Below are positions 11,401 to 24,600 of a stretch of DNA of 54,953 nt, piece after piece (positions within the stretch are counted from its first letter, which is position 1; every line of letters starts with the position of its first letter). The notes below the pieces were generated by a model. The model saw only the letters and a program-made list of their open reading frames with translations. It did no database searches and had not been told where the DNA came from. The position numbers and the translations under genes were made by a program. The DNA comes from Malacoraja senta (lineage: Eukaryota), in contig JAXLNO010000453.1 in NCBI GenBank assembly GCA_038087875.1, positions 1 through 54,953 on the forward strand. The letters run 5' to 3'.

Positions 11401-14400
11401 ACTCAGGCCCCACTTCTAGACCCAGGCCCCACTTTTAGACTCAGGCCCCACTTCTAGACTCAGGCCCCACTTCTAGACTCAGGCCCCACTTCTAGACCCA
11501 GGCCACACTTCTAGACTCAGGCCCCACTTCTAGACTCAGGCCCCACTTCTAGACTCAGGCCCCACTTCTAGACCCAGGCCCCACTTCTAGACTCAGGCCC
11601 CACTTCTAGACCCAGGCCCCACTTCTAGACCCAGGCCCCACTTCTAGACTCAGGCCCCACTTCTAGACTCAGGCCCCACTTCCTGACTCAGGCCCCACTT
11701 CTAGACTCAGGACCCACTTCTGGACCCAGGCCCCACTTCTAGACCCAGGCCCCACTTCTAGACCCAGGCCCCACTTCTAGACCCAGGCCCCACTTCTAGA
11801 CTCAGGCCCCACTTCTGGACCCAGGCCCCACTTCTAGACCCAGGCCCCACTTCTAGACCCAGGCCCCACTTCTAGACTCAGGCCCCACTTCTAGACCCAG
11901 GCCCCACTTCTAGTCTCAGGCCCCACTTCTAGACTCAGGCCCCACTTCTATACTCAGGCCCCACTTCGAGACTCAGGCCCTACTTCTAGACTCAGGCCCC
12001 ACTTCCAGACTCAGGCCCCACTTCTAGACTCAGGCCCTATTTCTAGACCCAGGCCCCACTTCTAGACTCAGGCCCCACTTCTAGACTCAGGCCCCACTTC
12101 TAGACCCAGGCCCCACTTCTAGTCTCAGGCCCCACTTGTAGACTCAGGCCCCACTTCTAGACTCAGGCCCCACTTCTAGACCCAGGCCCCACTTCTAGAC
12201 TCAGGCCCCACTTCTAGACCCAGGCCCCACTTCTAGACTCAGGCCACACTTTTAGACCCAGGCCCCACTTCTAGACTCAGGCCCCACTTCTAGACTCAGG
12301 CCCCACTTCCTGACTCAGGCCCCACTTCTAGACTCAGGACCCACTTCTAGACCCAGGCCCCACTTCTAGACTCAGGCCCCACTTCTAGACCCAGGCCCCA
12401 CTTTTAGACTCAGGCCCCACTTCTAGACTCAGGCCCCACTTCTAGACTCAGGCCCCACTTCTAGACCCAGGCCACACTTCTAGACTCAGGCCCCACTTCT
12501 AGACTCAGGCCCCACTTCTAGACTCAGGCCCCACTTCTAGACCCAGGCCCCACTTCTAGACTCAGGCCCCACTTCTAGACCCAGGCCCCACTTCTAGACC
12601 CAGGCCCCACTTCTAGACTCAGGCCCCACTTCTAGACTCAGGCCCCACTTCCTGACTCAGGCCCCACTTCTAGACTCAGGACCCACTTCTAGACCCAGGC
12701 CCCACTTCTAGACTCAGGCCCCACTTCTGGACCCAGGCCCCACTTCTAGACCCAGGCCCCACTTCTAGACCCAGGCCCCACTTCTAGACTCAGGCCCCAC
12801 TTCTAGACCCAGGCCCCACTTCTAGTCTCAGGCCCCACTTCTAGACTCAGGCCCCACTTCTATACTCAGGCCCCACTTCGAGACTCAGGCCCTACTTCTA
12901 GACTCAGGCCCCACTTCCAGACTCAGGCCCCACTTCTAGACTCAGGCCCTATTTCTAGACCCAGGCCCCACTTCTAGACTCAGGCCCCACTTCTAGACTC
13001 AGGCCCCACTTCTAGACCCAGGCCCCACTTCTAGTCTCAGGCCCCACTTGTAGACTCAGGCCCCACTTCTAGACTCAGGCCCCACTTCTAGACCCAGGCC
13101 CCACTTCTAGACTCAGGCCCCACTTCTAGACCCAGGCCCCACTTCTAGACTCAGGCCACACTTTTAGACCCAGGCCCCACTTCTAGACTCAGGCCCCACT
13201 TCTAGACTCAGGCCCCACTTCCTGACTCAGGCCCCACTTCTAGACTCAGGACCCACTTCTAGACCCAGGCCCCACTTCTAGACTCAGGCCCCACTTCTAG
13301 TCCCAGGCCCCACTTTTAGACTCAGGCCCCACTTCTAGACTCAGGCCCCACTTCTAGACTCAGGCCCCACTTCTAGACCCAGGCCACACTTCTAGACTCA
13401 GGCCCCACTTCTAGACTCAGGCCCCACTTCTAGACTCAGGCCCCACTTCTAGACCCAGGCCCCACTTCTAGACTCAGGCCCCACTTCTAGACCCAGGCCC
13501 CACTTCTAGACTTAGGCCACACTTTTAGACCCAGGCCCCACTTCTAGACTCAGGCCCCACTTCTAGACTCAGGCCCCACTTCCTGACTCAGGCCCCACTT
13601 CTAGACTCAGGACCCACTTCTAGACCCAGGCCCCACTTCTAGACTCAGGCCCCACTTCTAGACCCAGGCCCCACTTTTAGACTCAGGCCCCACTTCTAGA
13701 CTCAGGCCCCACTTCTAGACTCAGGCCCCACTTCTAGACCCAGGCCATACTTCTAGACTCAGGCCCCACTTCTAGACTCAGGCCCCACTTCTAGACCCAG
13801 GCCCCACTTCTAGACTCAGGCCCCACTTCTAGACCCAGGCCCCACTTCTAGACTCAGGCCCCACTTCTAGACTCTGGCCCCACTTCTAGACTCAGGCCCC
13901 ACTTCTAGGCCCAGGCCCCATTTCTAGACTCAGGCCCCACTTCTAGACTCAGGCCCCACTTCTAGACCCAGGCCCCACTTTTAGACTCAGGCCCCACTTC
14001 TAGACTCAGGCCCCACTTCTAGACTCAGGCCCCACTTCTAGACCCAGGCCATACTTCTAGACTCAGGCCCCACTTCTAGACTCAGGCCCCACTTCTAGAC
14101 CCAGGCCCCACTTCTAGACTCAGGCCCCACTTCTAGACCCAGGCCCCACTTCTAGACTCAGGCCCCACTTCTAGACTCTGGCCCCACTTCTAGACTCAGG
14201 CCCCACTTCTAGGCCCAGGCCCCATTTCTAGACTCAGGCCCCACTTCTAGACTCAGGCCCCACTTCTAGACTCAGGCCCGACTTCTAGACGCAGGCCCCA
14301 CTTCAGGACTCAGGCCCCACTTCTAGACCCAGGCCACACTTCTAGACCCAGGCCCCACTTCCTGACTCAGGCCCCATTTCTAGACTCAGGCCCCACTTCT

Positions 14401-15619
14401 AGACTCAGGCCCCACTTCTAGACCCAGGCCCCACTTCTAGACCCAGGCCACACTTCTAGACTCAGGCCCCACTTCTAGACCCAGGCCACACTTCTAGACC
14501 CAGGCCCCACTTCTAGACTCAGGCCCCACTTCTGGACTCAGGCCCCACTTCTAGACTCAGGCCCCACTTCTAGACCCATGCCCCACTTCTAGACCCAGGC
14601 CCCACTTCTAGATCCAGGCCCCACTTCTAGACTCAGGCCCCACTTCTGGACCCAGGCCCCACTTCTAGACCCAGGCCCCACTTCTAGATCCAGGCCCCAC
14701 TTCTAGACCCAGGCCCCACTTCTAGACTCAGGCCCCACTTCTAGACTCAGGCCCCACTTCTAGACACAGGCCCCACTTCTAGACTCAGGCCCCACTTCTG
14801 GACTCAGGCCCCGCTTTTAGACTCAGGCCCCACTTTTAGACCCAGGCCCCACTTCTAGACTCAGGCCCCACTTCTAGACTCAGGCCCCACTTCCTGACTC
14901 AGGCCCCACTTCTAGACTCAGGCCCCGCTTTTAGAATCAGGCCCCACTTTTATACCCAGGCCCCACTTCTAGACTCAGGCCCCACTTCTAGACTCAGGCC
15001 CCACTTCCTGACTCAGGCCCCACTTCTAGACTCAGGCCCCACTTCTAGACTCGGGCCCCACTTCTAGACTCAGACTCAGGCCCCACTTCGAGACCCGGGC
15101 CCCACTTCTGGACTCAGGCCCCACTTCTGGACTCAGGCCCCACTTGTAGACTCAGGCCCCACTTCCTGACTCATGCCCCACTTCTAGACTCAGGCCCCAC
15201 TTCTAGACTCATGCCTCACTTCCTGACTCAGGCCCACTTCTAAACTCAGGCCCCACTTCCTGACTCAGGCCCCACTTCTAGAATCAGGCCCCACTTCTAG
15301 ACTCAGGCCCCACTTCTAGACTCAGGCCCCACTTTTAGACCCAGGCGCCACTTCTAGACTCAGGCCCCACTTCTAGACCCAGGCCCCACTTCTAGACTCA
15401 GGCCCCACTTCTAGACTCAGGCCCCACTTCTAGACCCAGGCCCCACTTCTAGACTCAGGCCCCACTTCTAGACCCAGGCCCCATTTCTAGACTCAGGCCC
15501 CACTTCTAGACTCAGGCCCGACATCTAGACTCAGGCCCCACTTCAGGACTCAGGCCCCACTTCTAGACTCAGGCCCCACTTCTAGACCCATGCCCCACTT
15601 CTAGACCCAGGCCCCACTT
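2434..15619 (+). repeat. 19-bp satellite array, about 13.2 kb (about 690 monomers)
   Basis: Uninterrupted head-to-tail CTAGAC[T/C]CAGGCCCCACTT; most monomer junctions carry TCTAGA (XbaI site), putting TAG on both strands, so no ORFs occur in any frame. Confidence 0.99.
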
Positions 15620-18600
15620 ACATTTGCTTTGAAAATGCAAAAGGGGATTTGGTATGAAAATGCAAAAAGGTTTGCTTTAAAAATGCAGTAGATGGTGTGC
15701 TTTGAAAATGTAAAAGGTGGTTTGCTTTGAAAATGCAAAAGGTGGTTTGCTTTGAAAATGCAAAAAGGTTTGCTTTAAAAATGCAGTAGATGGATGGCTT
15801 TGAAAATGGAAAATGTGGTTTGCTTTGAAAATGCAAAAGGTGCTTTGCTTTGAAAATGCAAAATGTGGTTTGCTTTGAAAATGCAAATGGTTGTTTGCTT
15901 TGAAAATACAAAAGGTGGTTTGCTTTGAAAATGCAAAAGGTGGCTTGCTTTTAATATGCAAATCGTGGTTTCCTTTGAAAATGCAAAAGGTGGTTTGCCT
16001 TTAAAATGCAAAAGGTGGTTTGCTTTGAAAATGCAAATGGTGGTTTGCTTTGAAAATGGAAAATGTGGTTTGCTTTGAAAATGCAAAAGGTGGTTTGCTT
16101 TGAAAATGCAAAATGTGGTTTGCTTTGAAAATGCAAATTGTTGTTTGCTTTGAAAATACAAAAGGTGGTTTGCTTTGAAAATGCAAAAGGTGGCTTGCTT
16201 TTAATATGCAAATCGTGGTTTCATTTGAAAATGCAAAAGGTGGTTTGCCTTTAAAATGCAAAAGGTGGTTTGCTTTGAAAATGCAAAAGGTGGCTTGCTT
16301 TTAAAATGCAAAATGTGGTTTGCATTGAAAATGCGAAAGGTGGTTTGCTTTGAAATTGCAAAAAATGGTTTGCTTTGAAAATGCAAATGGTGGTTTGCTT
16401 TGAAAATGCAAACGGTGGTTTGCTATAAAATGCCAAAAGCGGTTTGCTTTGAAAATGCAAAACGTGGTTTGCTTTGAAAATGCAATATGTCGTTTGTTTT
16501 GAAAATGCAAATGGAGGTTTGCTTTGAAAATGCAAAAGTAGGTTTGCTGGTTTGCATTGAAAATGCAAACGGTGGTTTGCTTTAAAAATGCAAAAGGAGG
16601 TTTGTATTGAAAATGCAAAAGGTGGTTTGCTTTGAAAATGCTATAGGTGGTTTGCTTTCATAATGCAAAAAGTGGTTTGCTTTGAAAATGCAAAAGGTGG
16701 TTTGCTTTGAAAATGCAAAAAGTGGTTTGCTTTGAAATTGCTAAAGATGGTTTGCTTTGAAAATGCAAAAAGGTTTGCTTTAAAAAAGCAGTAAATGGTT
16801 TGCTTTGAAAATGGAAAAGGTGGTTTCCTTTGAAAATGGAAAACTTGGTTTGCTTTGAAAATGCAAAAAGGTTTGCTTTAAAAATGCAGTAGATTGTTTG
16901 CTTTGAAAATAGAAAAGGTGGTTTGCTTTGAAAATGCAAAAGGTAGTTTGATTTGAAATTGCAAAAAAATTGGTTTGCTTTGAAAATGCAAAAGGTGGTT
17001 TGCTTTGAAAATACAAAAGGTGGCTTGCTTTGAAAATGCAAAAGGTGGTTTGCTTTGAAAATGTAAAAGGTCGTTTGCTTTGAATATGCAAAAGGTCGTT
17101 TTCTTTGAGAATGCAAAAGGTGGTTTGCTGGTTTGCATTGAAAATGCAAAAGCTGCTTTTTAATGGAAAAGCAAAAGGTGGTTTGCTTTGAAAATGCTAA
17201 ATATGGTATGCTTTGAAAATGCAAAAGGTGGTTTGCTTTGAAAATGCAAAAGGTGGTTTGCTTTGAAAATCCAAAATGTGGTTTTCTTTGAAAATGCAAA
17301 AGGTGGTTTGCTTTGAAAATGCAAAATGTCGTTTGCTTTGAAAATGAAAAAGGTGGTTTGCTTTGAAAATGCAAAAGGTTTGCTTTGAAAATGCAAAATG
17401 TCGTTTGCTTTGAAAATGAAAAAGGTGGTTTGCTTTGAAAATGCAAAAGGTTTGCTTTGAAAATGCCAAGGGTTTACTTTGAAAATGCAAAAGGTATGCT
17501 TTGAAAATGCAAATAGTGGTTTGCTTTGAAGGTCAAATGGTGGTTTGCTTTGAAAAAGCAAAAGGTGGTTGCTTTGAAAATGCAAACGGTGGTTTGCTTT
17601 GAAAATGCAAAAGGTGGTTTCCTTTAAAAATGCAGTAGATGGTTTGCTTTGAAAATGGAAACCGAGGTTAGCTTTGAAAATGCAAAAGGTGGTTTGCTTT
17701 GAAAATGCAAAAAGGTTTGCTTTAAAATGCAGTAGATTGTTTGCTTTGAAAATGCAAATAGTGGTTTGCTTTGAAGGTCAAATGGTGGTTTGCTTTGAAA
17801 AAGCAAAAGGTGGTTGCTTTGAAAATGCAAACGGTGGTTTGCTTTGAAAATGCAAAAGGTGGTTTGCTTTTAAAATGCAAAAGGTGGTTTGCTACAAAAA
17901 CGGCAAACGGAGGTTTGCTTTGAATAGGCAAAATGTGGTTTGCTTTGAAAATGCAAAGGGTCGTTTGTTTTGAAAATGCAATAGGTGGTTTGCTACGAAA
18001 ATGCAAAAGTTGGTTTGCTGGTTTGCATTGACAATGCAAAAGGTGGTTTGCTTTGAAATTACAAAAGGTGGTTTGCTTTGGAAATGCAAAAGGTGGTTTG
18101 CTTTGAAAATGCAAAAAGGTTTGCTTTGAAAATGCAAAAGGTGGTTTGCTTTGAAAATGGAAAAGGCGGTTTCCTTTGAAAATGCAAAACGTGGTTTGCT
18201 TTGAAAATGCAAAAAGGTTTGCTTTAAAAATGCAGTAGATGGTTTGCTTTGAAAATGGAAAAGATGGTTTGCTTTGAAAATGCAAAAGGTGGTTTGATTT
18301 GAAATTACAAAAAAGTGGTTTGCTTTGAAAATGCAAAAGGTGGTTTGCTTTTAAAATACAAAAGGTGGTTTGCTTTGAAAATGCAAAAGATCGTTTGCTT
18401 TGAAAATGCAAAAGGTCGTTTGCTTTGAAAATGCAAAAGGTGGTTTGCTGGTTTGCATTGAAAATGCAAAAGCTGCTTTTTAATGGAAATGCAAAAGGAG
18501 GTTTGATTTGAAAATGCAAAATATGGTATGCTTTGAAAATGCAAAAGGTGGTTTGCTTTGAAAATGCAAAAAGTGGTTTGCTTTGAAAATGCATAATGAG

Positions 18601-21600
18601 GTTTTCTTTGAAAATGCAAAAGGTTGTTTGCTTTGAAATTGCAAAAGGTGGTTTGCTTTGAAAATGGAAAAGGTGGTTTGCTTTGAAAATGCAAAAGGTG
18701 GTTTGCTTTGAAATTGCAAAAGATGGTTTGCTTTGAAAATGCAAAAAGGTTTGCTTTATAAAAGCAGTAGATGGTTTGCTTTGATAATAGAAAAGATGGT
18801 TTGGTTTGAAAATGCAAAACGTGGTTTGCTTTGAAAATGCAAAAAGGTTTACTTTAAAAATGCAGTAGATGGTTTGCTTTGAAAATGGAAAAGGTGGTTT
18901 GCTTTGAAAATGCAAAAGGTGGTTTGATTTGAAATTGCAAAAAAGTGGTGTGCTTTGAAAATGCAAAAGGTGGTTTGCTTTGAAAATACAAAAGGTGGTT
19001 TGCTTGGAAAATGCAAAAGGTGGTTTGCTTTGAAAATGCAAAAGGTGGGGTGCTTTGAAAATGCATAATGAGGTTTTCTTTGAAAATGCAAAAGGTTGTT
19101 TGCTTTGAAATTGCAAAAGGTGGTTTGCTTTGAAAATGGAAAAGGTGGTTTGCTTTGAAAATGCAAAAGGTGGTTTGCTTTGAAATTGCAAAAGATGGTT
19201 TGCTTTGAAAATGCAAAAAGGTTTGCTTTATAAAAAGCAGTAGATGGTTTGCTTTGATAATAGAAAAGATGGTTTGGTTTGAAAATGCAAAACGTGGTTT
19301 GCTTTGAAAATGCAAAAAGGTTTACTTTAAAAATGCAGTAGATGGTTTGCTTTGAAAATGGAAAAGGTGGTTTGCTTTGAAAATGCAAAAGGTGGTTTGA
19401 TTTGAAATTGCAAAAAGGTGGTGTGCTTTGAAAATGCAAAAGGTGGTTTGCTTTGAAAATACAAAAGGTGGTTTGCTTGGAAAATGCAAAAGGTGGTTTG
19501 CTTTGAAAATGCAAAAGGTGGGGTGCTTTGAAAATGCAAAAGGTGGCTTTCTTTTAATATGCAAATGGTGGTTTGCTTTGAAAATGCAAAAGGTGGTTTG
19601 CCTTTAAAATGGAAAAGGTGGTTTGCTTTGAAAATGCAAATGGTTGTTTGCTTTGAAAATGTAAAAGGTGGTTTGCTTTGAAAATGCAAAATGTTGTTTT
19701 CTTTGAAAATTGCAAAAGGTGGTTTGCTTTGAAAATGCAAAAGGTGGTTTGCTTTGAAAATGAAAAAGGTAGTTTGCTTTGGAAATGCAAAAGGTTTGCT
19801 TTGAAAATGCAAAGGGTTTACTTTGAAAAGGCAAAAGGTTTGCTTTGAAAATACAAATAGTGGTTTGCTTTGAAAGTGGAAAATGTGGTTTGTTTTAAAA
19901 TGCAAAAGGTGGTTTGCTTTGAAAATGCAAAAGGTGGCTTTCTTTTAATATGCAAATGGTGGTTTGCTTTGAAAATGCAAAAGGTGGTTTGCCTTTAAAA
20001 TGCAAAAGGTGGTTTGCTTTGAAAATGCAAATGGTTGTTTGCTTTGAAAATGTAAAAGGTGGTTTGCTTTGAAAATGCAAAATGTGGTTTTCTTTGAAAA
20101 TTGCAAAAGGTGTTTTGCTTTTAAATTGCAAAGGGTTTACTTTGAAAAGGCAAAAGGTTTCTTTTGAAAATACAAATAGTGGTTTGCTTTGAAGGGCAAA
20201 TGGTGGTTTGCTTTGAAAAAGCAAAAGGTGGTTTGCTTTAAAAATGCAAAAGGTGGTTTGCTTTGAAAATGCAAAAGGTGGCTTGCTTTTAAAATGCAAA
20301 ATGTGGTTTGGATTGAAAATGCAAAAGGCGGTTTGCTTTGAAATTGCAAAAAGTGATTTGCTTTGAAAATGCAAATGGTGGTTTGCTTTGAAAATGCAAA
20401 ATGTCGTTTGTTTTGAAAATGCAAAAGGAGGTTTGCTTTGAAAATGCAAAAGTTGGTTTGCTGGTTTGCATTGAAAATGCAAACGGTGGTTTGCTTTGAA
20501 AATGCAAAAGGTGGTGTGCTTTGAAAATGCAAAAGGTGGTTTGCTTTAAAAATGAAAAGGTGGTTTGCTTTGAAAATGCAAAAGGTGGTTTGCTTTAAAA
20601 ATGCTATAGGTGGTTTGCTTTCAAAATGCAAAAAGTGGTTTGCATTGAAAATGCAAAAGGTGGTTTGCTTTGAAAATGCAAAAAGTGGTTTGCTTTGAAA
20701 ATGGAAAAGGTGTTTTGCTTTGAAAATGCAAAAAGGTTTGCTTTAAAAATGCAGTAGATGGTTTGCTTTGAAAATGTAAAAGATGGTTTGCTTTGAAAAT
20801 GTAAAAGGTGGTTTGCTTTGAAATTGCAAAAAGTGGTTTGCGTTAAAAATGCAAATGGTGGTTTGCTTTGAAAATGTAAAAGGTGGTTTGTTTTGAAAAT
20901 GCAAAAGGTGGTTTGGTATAAAAATGCCAAAACGTGGTTTGCTTTGGAAATGCAAAAGTTGGTTTGCTTTGAAAATGCAAAAGGTGGTTTGCTTTGAAAT
21001 TGCAAAAAGTGGTTTGCTTTCAAAATGGAAATGGTGGTTTGCTTTGAAAATGCAAAAGGTGGTTTGCTATAAAATGCCAAAAGGCGGATTGCTTTGAAAA
21101 TGCAAAATGTGGTTTGCTTTGAAAATGCAAAATGTCGATTGTTTTGAAAATGCAAAAGGTGGTTTGATTTGAAAATGCAAAAGTTTGTTTGCTGGTTTGC
21201 ATTGAAAATGCAAAAGGTGGTTTGATTTGAAAATGCAAAATGTGGTGTGCTTTGAAAATGCAAAAGGTGGTTTGCTTTAAAAATGCAGTAGATGGTTTGC
21301 TTTGAAAATGGAAAAGGTGGTTTGCTTTGAAAATGTAAAAGGTGGTTTGCTTTGTAAATGCAAAAGGTCGTTTGCTTTGAAAATGAAAAAGGTGGTTTGC
21401 TTTGAAAATGCAAATGGTGGTTTGCTTTGAAAATGCAAAAGGTGGTTTGCTATAAAATGCCAAAAGGCTGTTTGCTCTGAAAATGCAAAATGTGGTTTGC
21501 TTTGAAAATGCAAAATGTGGTTTGCTATAACATGTCAAAAGGCGGTTTGCTCTGAAAATGCAAAATATGGTTTGCTTTGAAAATGCAAAAGGTGGTTGGC

Positions 21601-24600
21601 CTTCAAAATGCAAAAGGTGGTTTGCTTTGAAAATGCAAATTGTGGTTTGCTTTGAAAATGTAAAAGGTGGTTTGCTTTGAAAATGGAAAAGGTGGTTTGC
21701 TGGTTTGAATTGAAAATGCAAAAGCTGCTTTTTAATGGAAATGCAAAAGGTGGTTTGCTTTGAAAATCCAAAAGATGGTTTGCTTAGAAAATGCCAAAGG
21801 TGGTTTGCTTTGAAAATGCAAAAGGTGGTTTGCTTTGAAAATGCAAAATGTGGTTTTCTTTGAAAATGCAAAAGGTGGTTTGCTTTGAAAATGCAAAATG
21901 TCGTTTGCTTTGAAAATGAAAAAGGTGGTTTGCTTTGAAAATGCAAAAGGTATGCTTTGAAAATGCAAACAGTGGTTTGCTTTGAAGGTCAAATGGTGGA
22001 TTGCTTTGAAAAAGCAAAAGGTGGTTGCTTTGAAGATGCAAACGGTGGTTTGCTTTGAAAATGCAAAGGGTGGTTTGCTTTTAAAATGCAAAAGGTGGTT
22101 TCCTATAAAAACGCCCAAAGGAGGTTTGCTTTGAAAAGGCAAAATGTGGTTTGCTTTGAAAATGCAAAAGGTCGTTTGTTTTGAAAATGCAAAAGGTGGA
22201 TTGCTACGAAAATGCAAAAGTTAGTTTGCTGGTCTGCATTGACAATGCAAAAGGTGGTTTGCTTTGAAAATGCAAAAGGTGGTTTGCTTTGAAAATGCAA
22301 AAGGTGGTTTGCTTTGAAAATGCATAATGAGGTTTTCTTTGAAAATGCAAAAGGTGGTTTGCTTTGAAAATGCAAAAGGTGGTTTGCTTTGAAAATGAAA
22401 AAGGTGGTTTGCTTTGAAAATGCAAAAGGTGGTTTGCTTTGAAATTGCAAAAGATGGTTTGCTTTGAAAATGCAAAAAGGTTTGCTTCAAAAAAGCAGTA
22501 GATTGTTTGCTTTGATAATGGAAAAGATGGTTTCGTTTGAAAATGCAAAACGTGGTTTGCTTCGAAAATGCAAAAAGGTTTGCTTTAAAAATGCAGTAGA
22601 TGGTTTGCTTTGAAAATGGAAAAGGTGGTTTGCATTGAAAATGCAAAAGGTGGTTTGATTTGAAATTGCAAAAAAGTGGTGTGCTTTGAAAATGCAAAAG
22701 GTGGTTTGCTTGGAAAATACAAAAGGTGGTTTGCTTGGAAAATGCAAAAGGTGGTTTGCTTTGAAAATGCAAAAGGTGGGGTGCTTTGAAAATGCAAAGG
22801 GTTGTTTGCTTTAAAAATGCAAAATGTGGTTTGCTTTGAAATTGCAAAAGATGGTTTGCTTTGAAAATGCAAAAAGGTTTGCTTTAAAAAAGCAGTAGAT
22901 GGTTTGCTTTGAAAATGGAAAAGATGGTTTCCTTTGAAAATGCAAAACGTGGTTTGCTTTGAAAATGCAAAAAGGTTTGCTTTAAAAATGCAGTAGATGG
23001 TTTGCTTTGAAAATGGAAAAGATGGTTTGCTTTGAAAATGCAAAAGGTGGTTTGATTTGAAATTACAAAAAAGTGGTTTGCTTTGAAAATGCAAAAGGTG
23101 GTTTGCTTTTAAAATACAAAAGGTGGTTTGCTTTGAAAATGCAAAAGATCATTTGCTTTGAAAATGCAAAAGGTCGTTTGCTTTGAAAATGCAAAAGGTG
23201 GTTTGCTGGTTTGCATTGAAAATGCAAAAGCTGCTTTTTAATGGAAATGCAAAAGGAGGTTTGATTTGAAAATGCAAAATATGGTATGCTTTGAAAATGC
23301 AAAAGGTGGTTTGCTTTGAAAATGCAAAAAGTGGTTTGCTTTGAAAATGCATAATGAGGTTTTCTTTGAAAATGCAAAAGGTTGTTTGCTTTGAAATTGC
23401 AAAAGGTGGTTTGCTTTGAAAATGGAAAAGGTGGTTTGCTTTGAAAATGCAAAAGGTGGTTTGCTTTGAAATTGCAAAAGATGGTTTGCTTTGAAAATGC
23501 AAAAAGGTTTGCTTTATAAAAGCAGTAGATGGTTTGCTTTGATAATAGAAAAGATGGTTTGGTTTGAAAATGCAAAACGTGGTTTGCTTTGAAAATGCAA
23601 AAAGGTTTACTTTAAAAATGCAGTAGATGGTTTGCTTTGAAAATGGAAAAGGTGGTTTGCTTTGAAAATGCAAAAAGGTTTACTTTAAAAATGCAGTAGA
23701 TGGTTTGCTTTGAAAATGGAAAAGGTGGTTTGCTTTGAAAATGCAAAAGGTGGTTTGATTTGAAATTGCAAAAAAGTGGTGTGCTTTGAAAATGCAAAAG
23801 GTGGTTTGCTTTGAAAATACAAAAGGTGGTTTGCTTGGAAAATGCAAAAGGTGGTTTGCTTTGAAAATGCAAAAGGCGGGGTGCTTTGAAAATGCAAAAG
23901 GTGGCTTTCTTTTAATATGCAAATGGTGGTTTGCTTTGAAAATGCAAAAGGTGGTTTGCCTTTAAAATGGAAAAGGTGGTTTGCTTTGAAAATGCAAATG
24001 GTTGTTTGCTTTGAAAATGTAAAAGGTGGTTTGCTTTGAAAATGCAAAATGTGGTTTTCTTTGAAAATTGCAAAAGGTGGTTTGCTTTGAAAATGCAAAA
24101 GGTGGTTTGCTTTGAAAATGAAAAAGGTAGTTTGATTTGGAAATGCAAAAGGTTTGCTTTGAAAATGCAAAGGGTTTACTTTGAAAAGGCAAAAGGTTTG
24201 CTTTGAAAATACAAATAGTGGTTTGCTTTGAAGGGCAAATGGTGGTTTGCTTTGAAAAAGCAAAAGGTGGTTTGCTTTAAAAATGCAAAAGGTGGTTTGC
24301 TTTGAAAATGCTGTAGGTGGTTTGCTTTGAAAGTGGAAAATGTGGTTTGTTTTAAAATGCAAAAGGTGGTTTGCTTTGAAAATGCTAAAGGTGGCTTTCT
24401 TTTAATATGCAAATGGTGGTTTGCTTTGAAAATGCAAAAGGTGGTTTGCCTTTAAAATGCAAAAGGTGGTTTGCTTTGAAAATGCAAATGGTTGTTTGCT
24501 TTGAAAATGTAAAAGGTGGTTTGCTTTGAAAATGCAAAATGTGGTTTTCTTTGAAAATTGCAAAAGGTGTTTTGCTTTTAAAATGCAAAGGGTTTACTTT

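Noticed and set aside
2434..15619. Telomeric or telomere-derived repeat
   Set aside because: C-rich skew, but no (CCCTAA)n or clear degenerate derivative.
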